Below are positions 41,482 through 51,745 of a stretch of 64,000 nucleotides of DNA, piece by piece; positions within the stretch are counted from its first letter, which is position 1, and the number at the start of each line of letters is the position of its first letter. Made by a program: the position numbers and the translations under genes. The notes under the pieces were generated by a model. That model was given only the letters and a program-made list of their open reading frames with translations. It ran no database searches and had not been told where the DNA came from. This DNA comes from Vulcanimicrobiota bacterium. Its GTDB lineage: Bacteria; Vulcanimicrobiota; Vulcanimicrobiia; Vulcanimicrobiales; Vulcanimicrobiaceae. The stretch is taken from assembly GCA_963844735.1 (NCBI GenBank), contig CAWJPK010000003.1, positions 123,640-187,639 on the forward strand, given 5' to 3'.

Positions 41482-42800
41482 CCGCCGCGCATGTGCACGA
41501 TATCCGAAAACCCTTCACGTTGCAGCAAACTGACGGCGATCGAACTGCGATAGCCGCTCTTGCAGTGCACGGCGAGCGGCCGTTTTGGATCGAGCTCGCG
41601 CATCGTTCCTATCAACCGGTTCAGCGGCATGTGCACGGCGCTCGAGAGATGTCCCGACGACCACTCCGCAGGCCGGCGAACGTCGACGACTTGCACGTTC
41701 GGTTGTTGGATCGCAGATGCGAACTCGTGCGGATCGAGCAGCGCGACTTGCGCGACCGGCATGTTCGCCGTCCTCCACGCTTCCATGCCGCCTGCCAAAT
41801 ATGCAGTCGCGCGGTCGATGCCGACGCGCGCCAAGCGCAGTTGCGATTCACGCACGCGCTCTTCGTCTTCCGCGACGATGACAACGTCGGTTTCCAGACC
41901 GAGGATCGTCCCGGCCCACACTGCAAACTGTCCGTCGAGACTGATGCTGATCGAGCCCGGAACGTGTCCGGCGCCGTACGCATCCTCATCGCGCGTGTCG
42001 AGAACGATCGCGCCGGCTTCTTGGCGCGTTCGAAGTTCTTGCGGTGAAAGCCCTTGCGGTGCAGGCAGCTGATCGAGCCGAGTTGCGCCTGCGCGATTGA
42101 GCTCGACGTCGGTTGCAAAATAACCGGGACGGTCCGGAAGCTCCGACGTGAGCAGCTCGACGAACGAAGCTTTATCGGGCGCTTGCAGCGCATAGTTCGT
42201 TTGACGTTCGCGTCCGATCGTCGAGCTGCGATCGCTGCTCATCGCGCGACCACACAGCGAGCCCGCTCCATGCGCGGGGAAGACCGCAACCTCGTCGGGG
42301 AGCTTCATGAGCTTGCCGTGCAAGCTGTCGTACAGCATTGCAGCCAGATCTTTGGGATCACCGCCCAAATCGGGACGGCCGACGTCGCCGATGAACAGCG
42401 TGTCGCCGGTGAGCACCATTGCGGGCTTTGCGTCCTCGTCATGGACGACGATGCTGATGCTTTCAAGCGTGTGTCCCGGCGTCTCGAGAAATGAAAGCCG
42501 GCACTTGCCGACGAGCAGCTCGTCGCCATCGCGCACGCCCTGGTGCGGAAAGCCTGCGTGCGCGCGTGCACCGAGATAGATTTGCGCGCCGGTGCGCGCT
42601 GCCAGCTCGCTATGTCCGCTCACGAAGTCGGCGTGTAAGTGCGTCTCGATGACATAGCGGATCGTAAAGCCGTGCTCTTCCGCTTCGCGCAAATAAATGT
42701 CGACGTCGCGTTGCGGATCGACGACCGCTGCAACGCCTTCAGAACCAATGAAGTACGATGCCTGCGCAAGACAACTTAGAAAAAACTGTTGAAAATACAC
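41451..42800 (-). CDS. MBL-fold persulfide-dioxygenase-like enzyme fused to two rhodanese domains
   Basis: The start is taken at the GTG giving MYFQQFFLSCLAQASYFIG. THLHADFVSGH, and the rhodanese active site CKSGYRS. Confidence 0.85.
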   Translation of the reverse strand: MYFQQFFLSCLAQASYFIGSEGVAAVVDPQRDVDIYLREAEEHGFTIRYVIETHLHADFVSGHSELAARTGAQIYLGARAHAGFPHQGVRDGDELLVGKCRLSFLETPGHTLESISIVVHDEDAKPAMVLTGDTLFIGDVGRPDLGGDPKDLAAMLYDSLHGKLMKLPDEVAVFPAHGAGSLCGRAMSSDRSSTIGRERQTNYALQAPDKASFVELLTSELPDRPGYFATDVELNRAGATRLDQLPAPQGLSPQELRTRQEAGAIVLDTRDEDAYGAGHVPGSISISLDGQFAVWAGTILGLETDVVIVAEDEERVRESQLRLARVGIDRATAYLAGGMEAWRTANMPVAQVALLDPHEFASAIQQPNVQVVDVRRPAEWSSGHLSSAVHMPLNRLIGTMRELDPKRPLAVHCKSGYRSSIAVSLLQREGFSDIVHMRGGWDAWQETGL

Positions 42801-42858
42801 GGCTAGCCTCCGCTCTAAACGGTGGTATCCAGGCAGCTCGGGCCGAATTCCTTGCCGC

Positions 42859-43791
42859 GTGAACATTGTGATAACCGGCGGTAACGGCTTCATCGGCCGC
42901 CGTCTTGCCCGCCGCCTCTTAAGCCGTCCCGAGTTGAGGCGGCTCGTGCTTTTCGACGTTGCCGCAAAGGGTGGCTTCGACGACCCCCGTGTCCTTGAAA
43001 TCGCCGGCGACGTCGGTGACGCCGCGACGGTCGCGCGCGTCGTCGCGACCGGGACGACCAGCGTCTTTCATCTCGGCGCGGTCGTCAGCGCGGGCGCCGA
43101 GGCGGACTTCGACTTGGGGATGCGCGTCAATCTCGAGGGCACGCGCAACGTGCTCGAGGCGTGCCGACGCTTAGGAACTTCGCCGCGTCTGGTCTTCGGA
43201 AGCAGTGAAGCCGTCTACGGCGGGGCGCTGCCGGCCGTCATCGACGACGACACGCCGCTCTATCCGCAGACTTCGTACGGCGCACAAAAGGCGTGTGGCG
43301 AGCTCTTGATCAGCGACTACAGCCGCAAAGGCTTCGTCGACGGGCGCTCCTTGCGGTTCCCGACGATCGTCGTCCGCCCGGAACCGAATCTCGCGGCCTC
43401 GACTTTCACCTCGACGATCATTCGTGAGCCGCTCTCGGGGCGTGCGACCGATTGTCCGGTGAGTCGCGATTCGGTGATGACGTTGATGTCGGTCGAGAAG
43501 CTTCTCGATTGCATCGAGCTTGCGCACGAGCTTCCGGCCGCGGAGTTCGGGACGCACCGTTCGCTGCTGCTGCCGGCGGTCTCCGCATCAGTCGCCGACA
43601 TCATCGAAGCGGTGCGGCGCGCGGGCGGAGCGGAAGCCGCGAATCGAATCACGATTCGGCCGGATCCGAAGATTCAGCGTATCGTCGATACGTGGCCGCG
43701 AGCCATCGAAGCCGCGCACGCCGAGAAGCTCGGGTTTTCCGCAGATCGCGACATCGACGCGATGATCGCATCGTATCTCGCGGAACGCTAG
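42859..43791 (+). CDS. NAD-dependent epimerase/dehydratase (SDR)
   Basis: ITGGNGFIG and YGAQK motifs. Confidence 0.85.
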   Translation: MNIVITGGNGFIGRRLARRLLSRPELRRLVLFDVAAKGGFDDPRVLEIAGDVGDAATVARVVATGTTSVFHLGAVVSAGAEADFDLGMRVNLEGTRNVLEACRRLGTSPRLVFGSSEAVYGGALPAVIDDDTPLYPQTSYGAQKACGELLISDYSRKGFVDGRSLRFPTIVVRPEPNLAASTFTSTIIREPLSGRATDCPVSRDSVMTLMSVEKLLDCIELAHELPAAEFGTHRSLLLPAVSASVADIIEAVRRAGGAEAANRITIRPDPKIQRIVDTWPRAIEAAHAEKLGFSADRDIDAMIASYLAER

Positions 43792-43867
43792 CGCGGATTA
43801 TCTGGCGCACGTTCGATTACGTCACGGCGAAAGATCTCGCGCAAAGGGCCGCTGCGAGTGCGCTAGG

Positions 43868-44233
43868 CTATGGCGCCTTACTTCTCCAAACAGAGCCGTC
43901 GGCGAATTTTACGCGCACGATTGCGCACGTGTCAGGTTCGTCGCGAAAATAATTCGCACCGTTGAAATTGTCGAACGTGGTGCTGATCGGCGTACCGGGC
44001 GCAAATTTTCCGTGGTCGGTGATCGTTGCAGTGCGATAGTCGTACGCAACGCGAAACGTCACGTCGGTTGCCGTTTGCGTCGCGCGATTTACGAATGTAA
44101 CCGCGAGGCCCGCGACGAGCGGCTGTGCTGGCGCCGGCTTATCCGGCATTGCGGGCGTCGCCGTCGTAACGCGGCAGCTCTGCAAATCGACCGGCGCCGC
44201 ATTCAGCGCAAGGCCGAGAAATAAAAGAAACAC
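43868..44233 (-). CDS. Small secreted hypothetical protein
   Basis: GTG start and a signal-like MFLLFLGLALNAAP. No family was recognised. Confidence 0.5.
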   Translation of the reverse strand: MFLLFLGLALNAAPVDLQSCRVTTATPAMPDKPAPAQPLVAGLAVTFVNRATQTATDVTFRVAYDYRTATITDHGKFAPGTPISTTFDNFNGANYFRDEPDTCAIVRVKFADGSVWRSKAP

Positions 44234-44234
44234 G

Positions 44235-44596
44235 CGGGGAGAGTGTTCCTCGATATTCCCTCCGTGTCATCCCGAGCGTAGCGGCGCGCCCTGTGTCATC
44301 CCGAGCGTAGCGGCGCGCAGCGCCGCGAAGTCGAGGGACAGAGATAGTGATCCGGGCAGCGCAACGATCATCGAGGGTTGCGGGCACGATCGTGCCCTCA
44401 GCCGTGTTGCATCGTTTCGCGGCCTGCATGATTGGAACGGTCCCTCGATACCCTGGCTTCGCCGGGCACAGGCTACGCGGCGCTGCGCGCCGCTACGCTC
44501 GGGATGACAAGAGTGCGATCGTGCGCTGATGCGACCCTTTGCGCGCTATCGTTCGCGTGCTGTTATCGAACGTGCGCCCGGTGATCGTTATAATAA
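44235..44596. mobile_element. MITE/REP-like non-coding insertion with inverted GC-rich arms
   Basis: TGTCATCCCGAGCGTAGCGGCGCGC occurs twice directly (from 44265 and 44292). It occurs once inverted (GCGCGCCGCTACGCTCGGGATGACA, ending about 44509). Both long arms end in TCGAGGGAC or its complement. The element is bounded by ATAAAAGAAACACG (44221..44234) and ATAAAAAGAAACACG (44593..44607). Confidence 0.55.
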
Positions 44597-44631
44597 AAAG
44601 AAACACGGAGGAACGACTGTTCCTCCGTGTT
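44591..44631 (-). terminator. Intrinsic terminator of the SLH-porin gene
   Basis: A perfect 13-bp stem AACACGGAGGAAC gact GTTCCTCCGTGTT (44602..44631). On the minus strand it is followed by TCTTTTTATTA. Confidence 0.75.
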
Positions 44632-44652
44632 CCCTGTTTTGCCTAGGTTAGG

Positions 44653-46563
44653 TTAGAACGAGAACAGCGTTTGCAGGTAGATCGCTGCCTTGTTGTCGGT
44701 TGAGATGAAACAGCCGGGGCACGTACCAGAGCTTGCAGGGATGGCGATTCCGCTAAGAATCGACATGCGCTGCAGAATAACCGCGATTTCCGCGTTATTC
44801 GCGATCTTGTAGTGGACGCTACCGTAGATGATTTGGTAGCCGGCCGGGTTGCCAATGTAGATCGGGAAGTAGGTCGTCGTCGACGTGATGCCACCCTCAG
44901 CGGATTCACCGTTGAAGCCGGTAGCGATGTAGCCGATGTCAGCCCACGGCGTGCCCTTCGGGCCCGCGTTGTTGCCGATCGTTGCCGAACCCCAGAAGCC
45001 GTTCGGTTGTGCCCACGTGGCGCCCGTGAACGGGTCATCGCCAAAGTGGTGAACGCCTTCTGCGTTGATGTGGAGGTTGTCGCTGAAACGGTAGGTCAGG
45101 AAGACCGAGCCGAAGGTCTCGTTCGTTCCGAAGAACGCTGGGCATCCAGTCTCGGCGTTAGCCGTCTTGGAGATACCGCAGTAGAGACCGGACACGCCCG
45201 GAATTGCAACACCCTTCACGCCGACAGGTCCGCCAAGTGCGAGGATCGGAGCCGACGGATCCCAGAGTGTCACCGCGTTACCAACTTCGCTGAGCCAGCC
45301 TGCACCGATGTTCAAGTGGTGAGGCATGATGTCGTAGCTGGCTTGACCCCACATCTGCTGCTGCGTAAAGATGCCGACCGGTCCTTGAACCGATGGCTGA
45401 CCTACGCCGTAGCCTGCTTCAACACGGAGCGACGCAAGGGGTCCGCTCGTTGGAGCGTAGCCGATCATGCCGCCGTTGAAGTAGTCGGAGTACAGAAGGT
45501 TGGGAGCTTGTCCGCCAAGGTCGCTGCCGCCGTCGCCCGTCGCGAGACGTCCGCCAGTGACATAGAAGCCACCGGGCGAGTGCCACGTGAGCGCAGCGAT
45601 GTTGAGACGGAACGATTCGTTGGACGGGTAGTCTGCGCCGTCTGCGCAGGTCGTACCGGTACCAGCCGCACCTGCGAGAAGCGAGGTCGGTCCGGTGCAA
45701 TATAACGGTGCGCTTCCGCTGTTACCGGTCGTTGCCGCGGGGGCTCCGTAGTTCGGAGTCTCCATGTAGTACCGGTTCTCGATGCGGAAGACGTAGCTGA
45801 CGTTCGGATCGACGTCTCCGGTGAAGAGCAGTCGGTTGACCATGTAGGCCGTGCCGTACGTCTGGGCGCCCGTGTAGTTTGCGTTCTGGCCAGCGACGCC
45901 ACCCGGACTACCGAGTGCATCGTTGTTGGTAAGACGCGTTTGACCCGGAAGGCCTCCGCCCGCCGGAACGTTTGCCAGACCACCATTTGCCGTCGTAATG
46001 CCGGCTGGTCCCGCATATGCCGATGTTTCATCGTTATACGAGCCAGGCGCGCGCAGGAACGTGTACAGGTGGAATTGTTGGCGCTTGAGCAGCGTTGCAT
46101 CTGCCTGCTCGGCGGCACCGATCGCTGCAACCTTGGTATCGAGCGCAGCGACGTGATCTTGCACTGCCTTGAGCTCGGCACCGAAGGCATCGACGAGCTT
46201 CTTAAGCGTCGCGATGTCGGCTGCGTTCTGCTTCTGACCAGCCGCGATTTGTGCTTCCATCTTATCGACGGCGCGATTGATCAGTACGGCCATCTCGTAG
46301 CGCGTCATCGGGCGGTTGCCCTCGAACTTGCCGTTGGGATAGCCTTCGACCAGACCGTCGGCGGCGAGCGCCTTTACAGCCTGGTACGCCCAGCTGTTAG
46401 CCGGAACGTCAGAGAATGGATTACCGCTTTGCGCAACGGCCGCGCCGTTGCTGTCGTCTTGCGTGGCCTGTTGCGCGAGCACGGGGCTCGTGTACATTGC
46501 TGCTATTCCTAGTAATATCGCAGCGACCCGCAAACCGACGAATAGTCGGTGTAATCGTGACAA
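44653..46563 (-). CDS. SLH-domain outer-membrane porin (OmpM/Slp-like: SLH, coiled coil, beta-barrel)
   Basis: Signal peptide ..SPVLAQQ. SLH motif FSDVPANSWAYQAVKALAADGLVEGYPNGKFEGNRPMTRYEMA. A coiled coil follows, then a Gly/aromatic-rich barrel ending in ..YLQTLFSF. Confidence 0.85.
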   Translation of the reverse strand: MSRLHRLFVGLRVAAILLGIAAMYTSPVLAQQATQDDSNGAAVAQSGNPFSDVPANSWAYQAVKALAADGLVEGYPNGKFEGNRPMTRYEMAVLINRAVDKMEAQIAAGQKQNAADIATLKKLVDAFGAELKAVQDHVAALDTKVAAIGAAEQADATLLKRQQFHLYTFLRAPGSYNDETSAYAGPAGITTANGGLANVPAGGGLPGQTRLTNNDALGSPGGVAGQNANYTGAQTYGTAYMVNRLLFTGDVDPNVSYVFRIENRYYMETPNYGAPAATTGNSGSAPLYCTGPTSLLAGAAGTGTTCADGADYPSNESFRLNIAALTWHSPGGFYVTGGRLATGDGGSDLGGQAPNLLYSDYFNGGMIGYAPTSGPLASLRVEAGYGVGQPSVQGPVGIFTQQQMWGQASYDIMPHHLNIGAGWLSEVGNAVTLWDPSAPILALGGPVGVKGVAIPGVSGLYCGISKTANAETGCPAFFGTNETFGSVFLTYRFSDNLHINAEGVHHFGDDPFTGATWAQPNGFWGSATIGNNAGPKGTPWADIGYIATGFNGESAEGGITSTTTYFPIYIGNPAGYQIIYGSVHYKIANNAEIAVILQRMSILSGIAIPASSGTCPGCFISTDNKAAIYLQTLFSF

Positions 46564-46753
46564 GTTTGTACCCTCTTACAAACGTGCGAAGCGAGACCCA
46601 GCAACCCGAACCGTTGTTCGGGCCTCTAGTGTCTCTTCTACCACGTTGGTAGCTTGCTTCGGTATATAAAGAAATGACCAAAGTCACTATCGAGCGACTT
46701 TTCCGGTCGGTTGGTCGTTCTCGGGGGGTGAGAATCCCTCCTGGGAGTGGAGA

Positions 46754-47329
46754 TTGAGAAACGCTCACCTTCTTGTCTTGATGGCCATAGGGGCAGCCCT
46801 CGTGCTGGGGCTGGCCGCCATGGGGACGTACGTTATCCGGTCGCACCAGAACCTGGCCTACGATTTCCGCCTCACCGACCAGAACGGGCAGCCGTTCCGG
46901 CTTTCGGAACAGCGCGGCCACGCCGTAGCGATCTATTTCGGGTACTCCCGCTGTCCGGACGTGTGCCCGGCAACTTTGGCTCACTTAGCAAGCGCTCGCC
47001 GCTCGCTCGGGCCGGCCGGCTCCGCCACGCGAGTCCTCTTTATCACGGTCGACCCGCACCACGACACACCGGGCGTATTAAAGGAATATCTGGCGCACTT
47101 CGATCCCACGTTCATCGGCCTGACCGGCACGCAAGCCGAGTTGGCACCCGTTTATCGCGCCTATCACGTCTGGTACGCAGCGCTGCCGCAATCGCAAGCC
47201 GGACGCGAAGCGCTCGAAGAGCACACCTCGACGGTCTGGATCATCGATCGCAACGGACATCCGGCCGGCTTTGCGGATTCAAGCGACACGGCGAGCGCGC
47301 TCGCGCGTGATTTGAGGGAAGCTTCGTAG
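46754..47329 (+). CDS. SCO1/SenC copper chaperone (thioredoxin fold)
   Basis: TM anchor and the CPDVCP motif. Confidence 0.85.
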   Translation: MRNAHLLVLMAIGAALVLGLAAMGTYVIRSHQNLAYDFRLTDQNGQPFRLSEQRGHAVAIYFGYSRCPDVCPATLAHLASARRSLGPAGSATRVLFITVDPHHDTPGVLKEYLAHFDPTFIGLTGTQAELAPVYRAYHVWYAALPQSQAGREALEEHTSTVWIIDRNGHPAGFADSSDTASALARDLREAS

Positions 47330-47340
47330 CTCTGCCCTAA

Positions 47341-48271
47341 ATGAGCGCCATGGGAGGAGTGCTCGACCTCCGCAGCACGCCGCCGTGGGAACGACACGGT
47401 CTCGTCCTTAGCGCGTTCTCCGATATGCGCGACAACGATATGCTGCAAGTGATCTACGAGTACGATCCGCTGCCGCTTCGCCGGCGCTTTGAAGATACGC
47501 ACGCGCAACGCTATCTTTGGCTGCAGCGCCGTTTGGGAAGCGAACATTGGGAAGTTTCGCTGCGCAAGCTTCCGTCTTCCGCAAACGGATCGATCTCCGA
47601 CTTCATGAACCGCTGCCCGATTTTTGCGGCGGCAAGCCAATCAACCCGCGACGCGCTCGCGCTCTCCGTGCAATCCCGCGCGATCCCGCGCAAGACGATC
47701 ATCGCCGAACAGGAAGCCTCGTGGCCGTTCTTGGGCGTCGTGCGCAAAGGCAAAGTGTTCGCGATCGTTGGTACGCCCGCCGGGCGCGAGCAAATCTTAT
47801 TCGAAGCGCTCGAGACCGAAACGTTCGGCAACAACGCGATCCTCGACGGCGGCGCGACGTTTTCGCGCTTTGCGACGCTGTCCGACGCAGCCGAGATACT
47901 GTTGTTTCCGAAGTTGGTCGTTCTGCAACTTGCGAGACTCTGATTCGCGTTTTGCGCTCGCACTTGCGGCATCCTCAACGCAGCAGATGCGCGCGATCGT
48001 CGATCTCGTCCACGCGCACGTTTCGAAGAAGACGATTGCGCGCGTCGCAAGCGCGCTCGTCCCGTATGCTCCCAGCGAGAGCGGGCTTGCGCCGGTCGAC
48101 CCCGTCCACTTGCCGTCGCTGCGCTTGACGCAAATCGCGGCTGCGACCGGTAGCGTCAAAGAAGTCGTTGCGCGAGCCGTCGCAGATCTCGAGCTGGCGA
48201 GCGCGATTCGCCGCGTGCGCGGTCGCATCGCCTACATCGACCGTTTGAAGCTGACGTCATTCGCGACGTAG
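47341..48271 (+). CDS. DUF2249 domain fused to a Crp/Fnr-type regulator, with one frameshift near 47930
   Basis: DUF2249-like LDLRSTPPWERHGLVLSAF..LQVIYEYDPLPL. The cNMP-binding fold follows. The HTH (LTQIAAATGSVKEVVARAVADLE) continues in the frame of ORF 47624..48271. Confidence 0.7.
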
Positions 48272-48300
48272 ACGTAGATCGACCCGCGCGTGCACGGCGT

Positions 48301-49209
48301 TTGGTGCGGCGCTCGATGTTGTTCGTCCCCGCCAACGTCCCACGCTATATCGAGCGCGCGCACGAACGCGGGGCCGATGCGATCATCCTCGATCTCGAAG
48401 ACTCGGTTCCGGAAAGTGAAAAGGCGGCGGCGCGGACCGTTCTCCACGCCGCCTACCCGAGCGTGAGCCAGAGCGGCGCCGACGTGCTCGTGCGAATCAA
48501 CAAACCGTTCGAGCAGCGCGTTCAGGACCTGGACGCCGCGATCGCGCCCGGCATCGACGGGATTCTCTTTCCGAAACTGGAGACGGCGCAAGAGCTCGCA
48601 ATTCTGGATGCACTCATTCACGAACGCGAGCTTGCCGCCGGTTTGCCGCCGGGGTCGATCGGCATATTGTGCGCGATCGAAAGTGCGCGCGGCGTCTTGA
48701 ACGCCCGGGAGATCGTCGCGGAGTGCGAGCGCGCCCTGCGCGTGTTCGGGATCTCGTACGGTGCAGAAGACGCGACCGAAGAGCTCGGCGTCGAAACGAC
48801 GCTCGAAGGGTGGGAGCGGTTCTACGGCAACGCGCTATCGGTGCAGGCCGCTGCAGCTGCAGGAATTCAAGCCTACGGACGGCTCGGCAGCGCCTTTGAC
48901 TTTCGCGATCTGAAGGAGTACGAAGAGTCCGCGATTCGTTCGGCGCAGTTCGGTTTCAAGGGATCGTCGTGCATCCATCCGGCGCAAGTCCCGGTGCTCA
49001 ATCGCGCCTTCTCGCCGAGCGCCGAACAAGTCGAGCGCGCGCGCAAGACGATCGAGCTGATGCAGGAAGCGCTGCGCGCCGGCCGCGCCTCTGCGAGCCT
49101 CGACGGACGGATGATCGACACGCCGACGCTGCGCCGCGCGGAGCGCATTCTCGAACGTCAAGCTGCAATCGAACAGAAGGAGGCGCGCAAGGCAATTAGC
49201 GCAACGTGA
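48301..49209 (+). CDS. HpcH/HpaI aldolase / citrate-lyase beta subunit-like (CitE family) protein
   Basis: SMLFVPAN.., DLEDSV, VRIN and the ESA motif. Confidence 0.8.
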   Translation: MVRRSMLFVPANVPRYIERAHERGADAIILDLEDSVPESEKAAARTVLHAAYPSVSQSGADVLVRINKPFEQRVQDLDAAIAPGIDGILFPKLETAQELAILDALIHERELAAGLPPGSIGILCAIESARGVLNAREIVAECERALRVFGISYGAEDATEELGVETTLEGWERFYGNALSVQAAAAAGIQAYGRLGSAFDFRDLKEYEESAIRSAQFGFKGSSCIHPAQVPVLNRAFSPSAEQVERARKTIELMQEALRAGRASASLDGRMIDTPTLRRAERILERQAAIEQKEARKAISAT

Positions 49210-50452
49210 AAACGATCCAAATGGCGAGCGATGCGGTCATGAGCGCAAACAGAATCCATCCGAGCGCGTTGCTGATCGGCGAGTTTGCATGGCGGCCCAT
49301 CACGCGGGAGCTTCCTGCGAGATTGATCACGATGAACACCATCACCGGCGAGATGATGCCGCTGAGAACCGCAGAGTAGAAGAGCAATCTGAACGGCGGA
49401 ATCGGAAGCAGGTTGACGAGCAATCCCGCGAGCGACGTTCCGACGATGATCCAGTAAAAAGCCGGCTCTTTCGTCGGCCGTTCCGCAAGGCTTCCGGGTA
49501 GGTCCAGGGCGCCGGTAACGGCGTACGCCGAGCTGGCCGCCATCACCGGGATCGAGAGCAAACCGGCGCTCATGATGCCGAGTGTGAAGAGCGCGAAGGT
49601 CGCGTTGCCTGCGAGCGGACGTAAGGCTTGCGCGGCTTGCGCGGCCGTGTCCACCGTGGTGATGCCGTGCGCGCCGAGCGTCAATGCTGAGGCGAGAATG
49701 ATGAAATACATGACGAGATTGGCGACGAACATGCCGAAAACGGTGTCCCAACGCACGAACGCGAGATGCAGCTGATCTTCGGAAGGATGCTCGCCTTCGT
49801 GCGAGATCGCGTGCTCTTGCACGAGCTCCTCGACTTCTTCGCTGGATTCCCAGAAGAACTCGAACGGCGAGATCGTGGTACCGAGCACGGCCACGAGCGC
49901 CAGCAAGAAGTCCTTATCGAAGCGCAGCGTCGGGATGAACGTCGCGCGCAGCAATTCATGCCAGTCGATCTTGAGCGTCGCTGCAGCGGCAATGTACGAC
50001 AACAACGTCAGGCCGATGACGCGCAGGTACGCGATATAGATCCCATAAGGGACGAACACGATCAGCGGAATCGTGATGCAGGTCGTGATCGCCAGCCACG
50101 CCGGATACGGAATATGCCAAAGCAGCTGTCCGCTCTGCGCCATCCCGCTCAAATCCGCGCCAATCGTCACCGTATTGACGAGTACTTGCGCGCCGACGAG
50201 CGTGTAGACGACCGGCCGCGCATAGTGGCGCCGCATGACACCGGCGAGGCCAAGCCCGGTCACGCGTCCGATCCGGCCGCACATCTCTTGAATCGCGGAG
50301 AGCAGCGGCCACACGAACGGCGCGGTCCAAAGCTGGGCTAAGCCGAATTGCGCGCCGGTTTGCGCGTATGTTGCGATGGCAGACGGATCGTCGTCCGACA
50401 CGCCCGTGATAAAGCCTGGACCGAGCCGTTTGAATAGGCCCGCAATCGTCAT
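49196..50452 (-). CDS. mntH: NRAMP-family divalent metal transporter (intact copy)
   Basis: LGPGFITGVSDDDPS motif and 11 TM helices. Confidence 0.85.
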   Translation of the reverse strand: MTIAGLFKRLGPGFITGVSDDDPSAIATYAQTGAQFGLAQLWTAPFVWPLLSAIQEMCGRIGRVTGLGLAGVMRRHYARPVVYTLVGAQVLVNTVTIGADLSGMAQSGQLLWHIPYPAWLAITTCITIPLIVFVPYGIYIAYLRVIGLTLLSYIAAAATLKIDWHELLRATFIPTLRFDKDFLLALVAVLGTTISPFEFFWESSEEVEELVQEHAISHEGEHPSEDQLHLAFVRWDTVFGMFVANLVMYFIILASALTLGAHGITTVDTAAQAAQALRPLAGNATFALFTLGIMSAGLLSIPVMAASSAYAVTGALDLPGSLAERPTKEPAFYWIIVGTSLAGLLVNLLPIPPFRLLFYSAVLSGIISPVMVFIVINLAGSSRVMGRHANSPISNALGWILFALMTASLAIWIVFTLR

Positions 50453-50479
50453 CTCCGCGGTTTTGACGATCGCGTATTT

Positions 50480-51745
50480 TTAACTGCCGCGAGCCATGAA
50501 GTAGAACATCCCGGCACACGCGCACGCCATCAGCACCACGGTGCTCCACCCCCAAGCGCGCGCAAGGACGGAGCTACGCCATTCCCCCATGATCTTTTTA
50601 TTTGACGCAAGCCAAACGATCACAGCAAGCAGCGGGACAGCAGCTACGCCGTTGAGAACCGCAGACCAGAAAAGCGCCTTGATTGGGTCGACGCGCAGTA
50701 AATCAATCGGCAATCCCGATGAGGATGCCGGCGATGATGACGATATAGAATTGCGGCGCGGCGAGGAAGCGCTGGCTCAGGCCCTCGCTGAAGCGAAACG
50801 TTTCGCTTACGACGTAGGCCGAAGAAGATGCCAGAACCGGCACCGCGAGAATTCCGGTGCCGATCATGCCGAGCGTAAAGAGCAGCGCTGCAAAATTGCC
50901 GGCAAGCGGACGTAGCGCTTCTGCGGCTTGCTGCGCCGTTGCAATGTCGTGCTTCCCGTGCGCGCCGAGCGTCGCCGCGGTCGTCACGATGATGAAAAGC
51001 GCGACGAGGTTCGAGTAGATCATCCCCGTGTTGATGTCCTCATGCGCGTCGCGGATCGATTTCGCATCCGTCCCTTTGCGGGAGGCGAGCGTCGTTTTGC
51101 CGTGTGACTTCTTCTTCTTCGATCATGAGCGAAGACTGCCAAAAGAAAAGATACGGCGTGATCGTGGTCCCCAAAACCCCGACCATCGTCGAAAGCCATT
51201 CCGAATCGAAGTGTAATTCCGGAACCGCGAGATGCTGGAGAACCGTCGTCCACGGAGGATGAACGACAAACGCGGTTACGATATAGGCGAAGAGCGTAAG
51301 CGTCAACCACTTACAGATGCGCGAAATTTGCTCGTAGTCGAAGCGGATCTGGGCCACGATGAGTCCGAGGCCAAAGATCACCGACCAAACGGCGATCGGC
51401 ACGGGAAGAGAAGGTGCGCCGCCGCGCCCATGCCTCCGATGTCCGCGCCGATGTTGAAGGTGTTCGCGATGACGACGATTGCGGCCAACAGATAAACGAG
51501 CGGCCGCGGAAGCTGATTGCGAATTACCGCGGCCAGGCCTTGCCCGGTCACCATCGCAATGCGCGCGCACATGCCTTGAACGACCGCCATCATCGGCGTC
51601 GAGATCAGCGTGAGCCATAGCATGGAATACCCAGTGCTGGCGCCCGCGACGGAATATGTTGAGATACCGGATGGGTCGTCGTCGGCCGCACCCGTGATCA
51701 AGCCGGGTCCGAGCGTCCGGAAAAAGCGTAGGACCCTGTTCGCGA
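50480..51745 (-). pseudogene. Second NRAMP-family gene with at least 3 frameshifts and no canonical start
   Basis: Four collinear fragments in different frames (51378..51701, part of 51040..51618, 50703..51023, 50480..50713) match the intact paralog. Breaks lie near 51400, 51080 and 50715. The upstream frame has no ATG, GTG or TTG before LGPGLITGAADDDPS. Confidence 0.75.
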
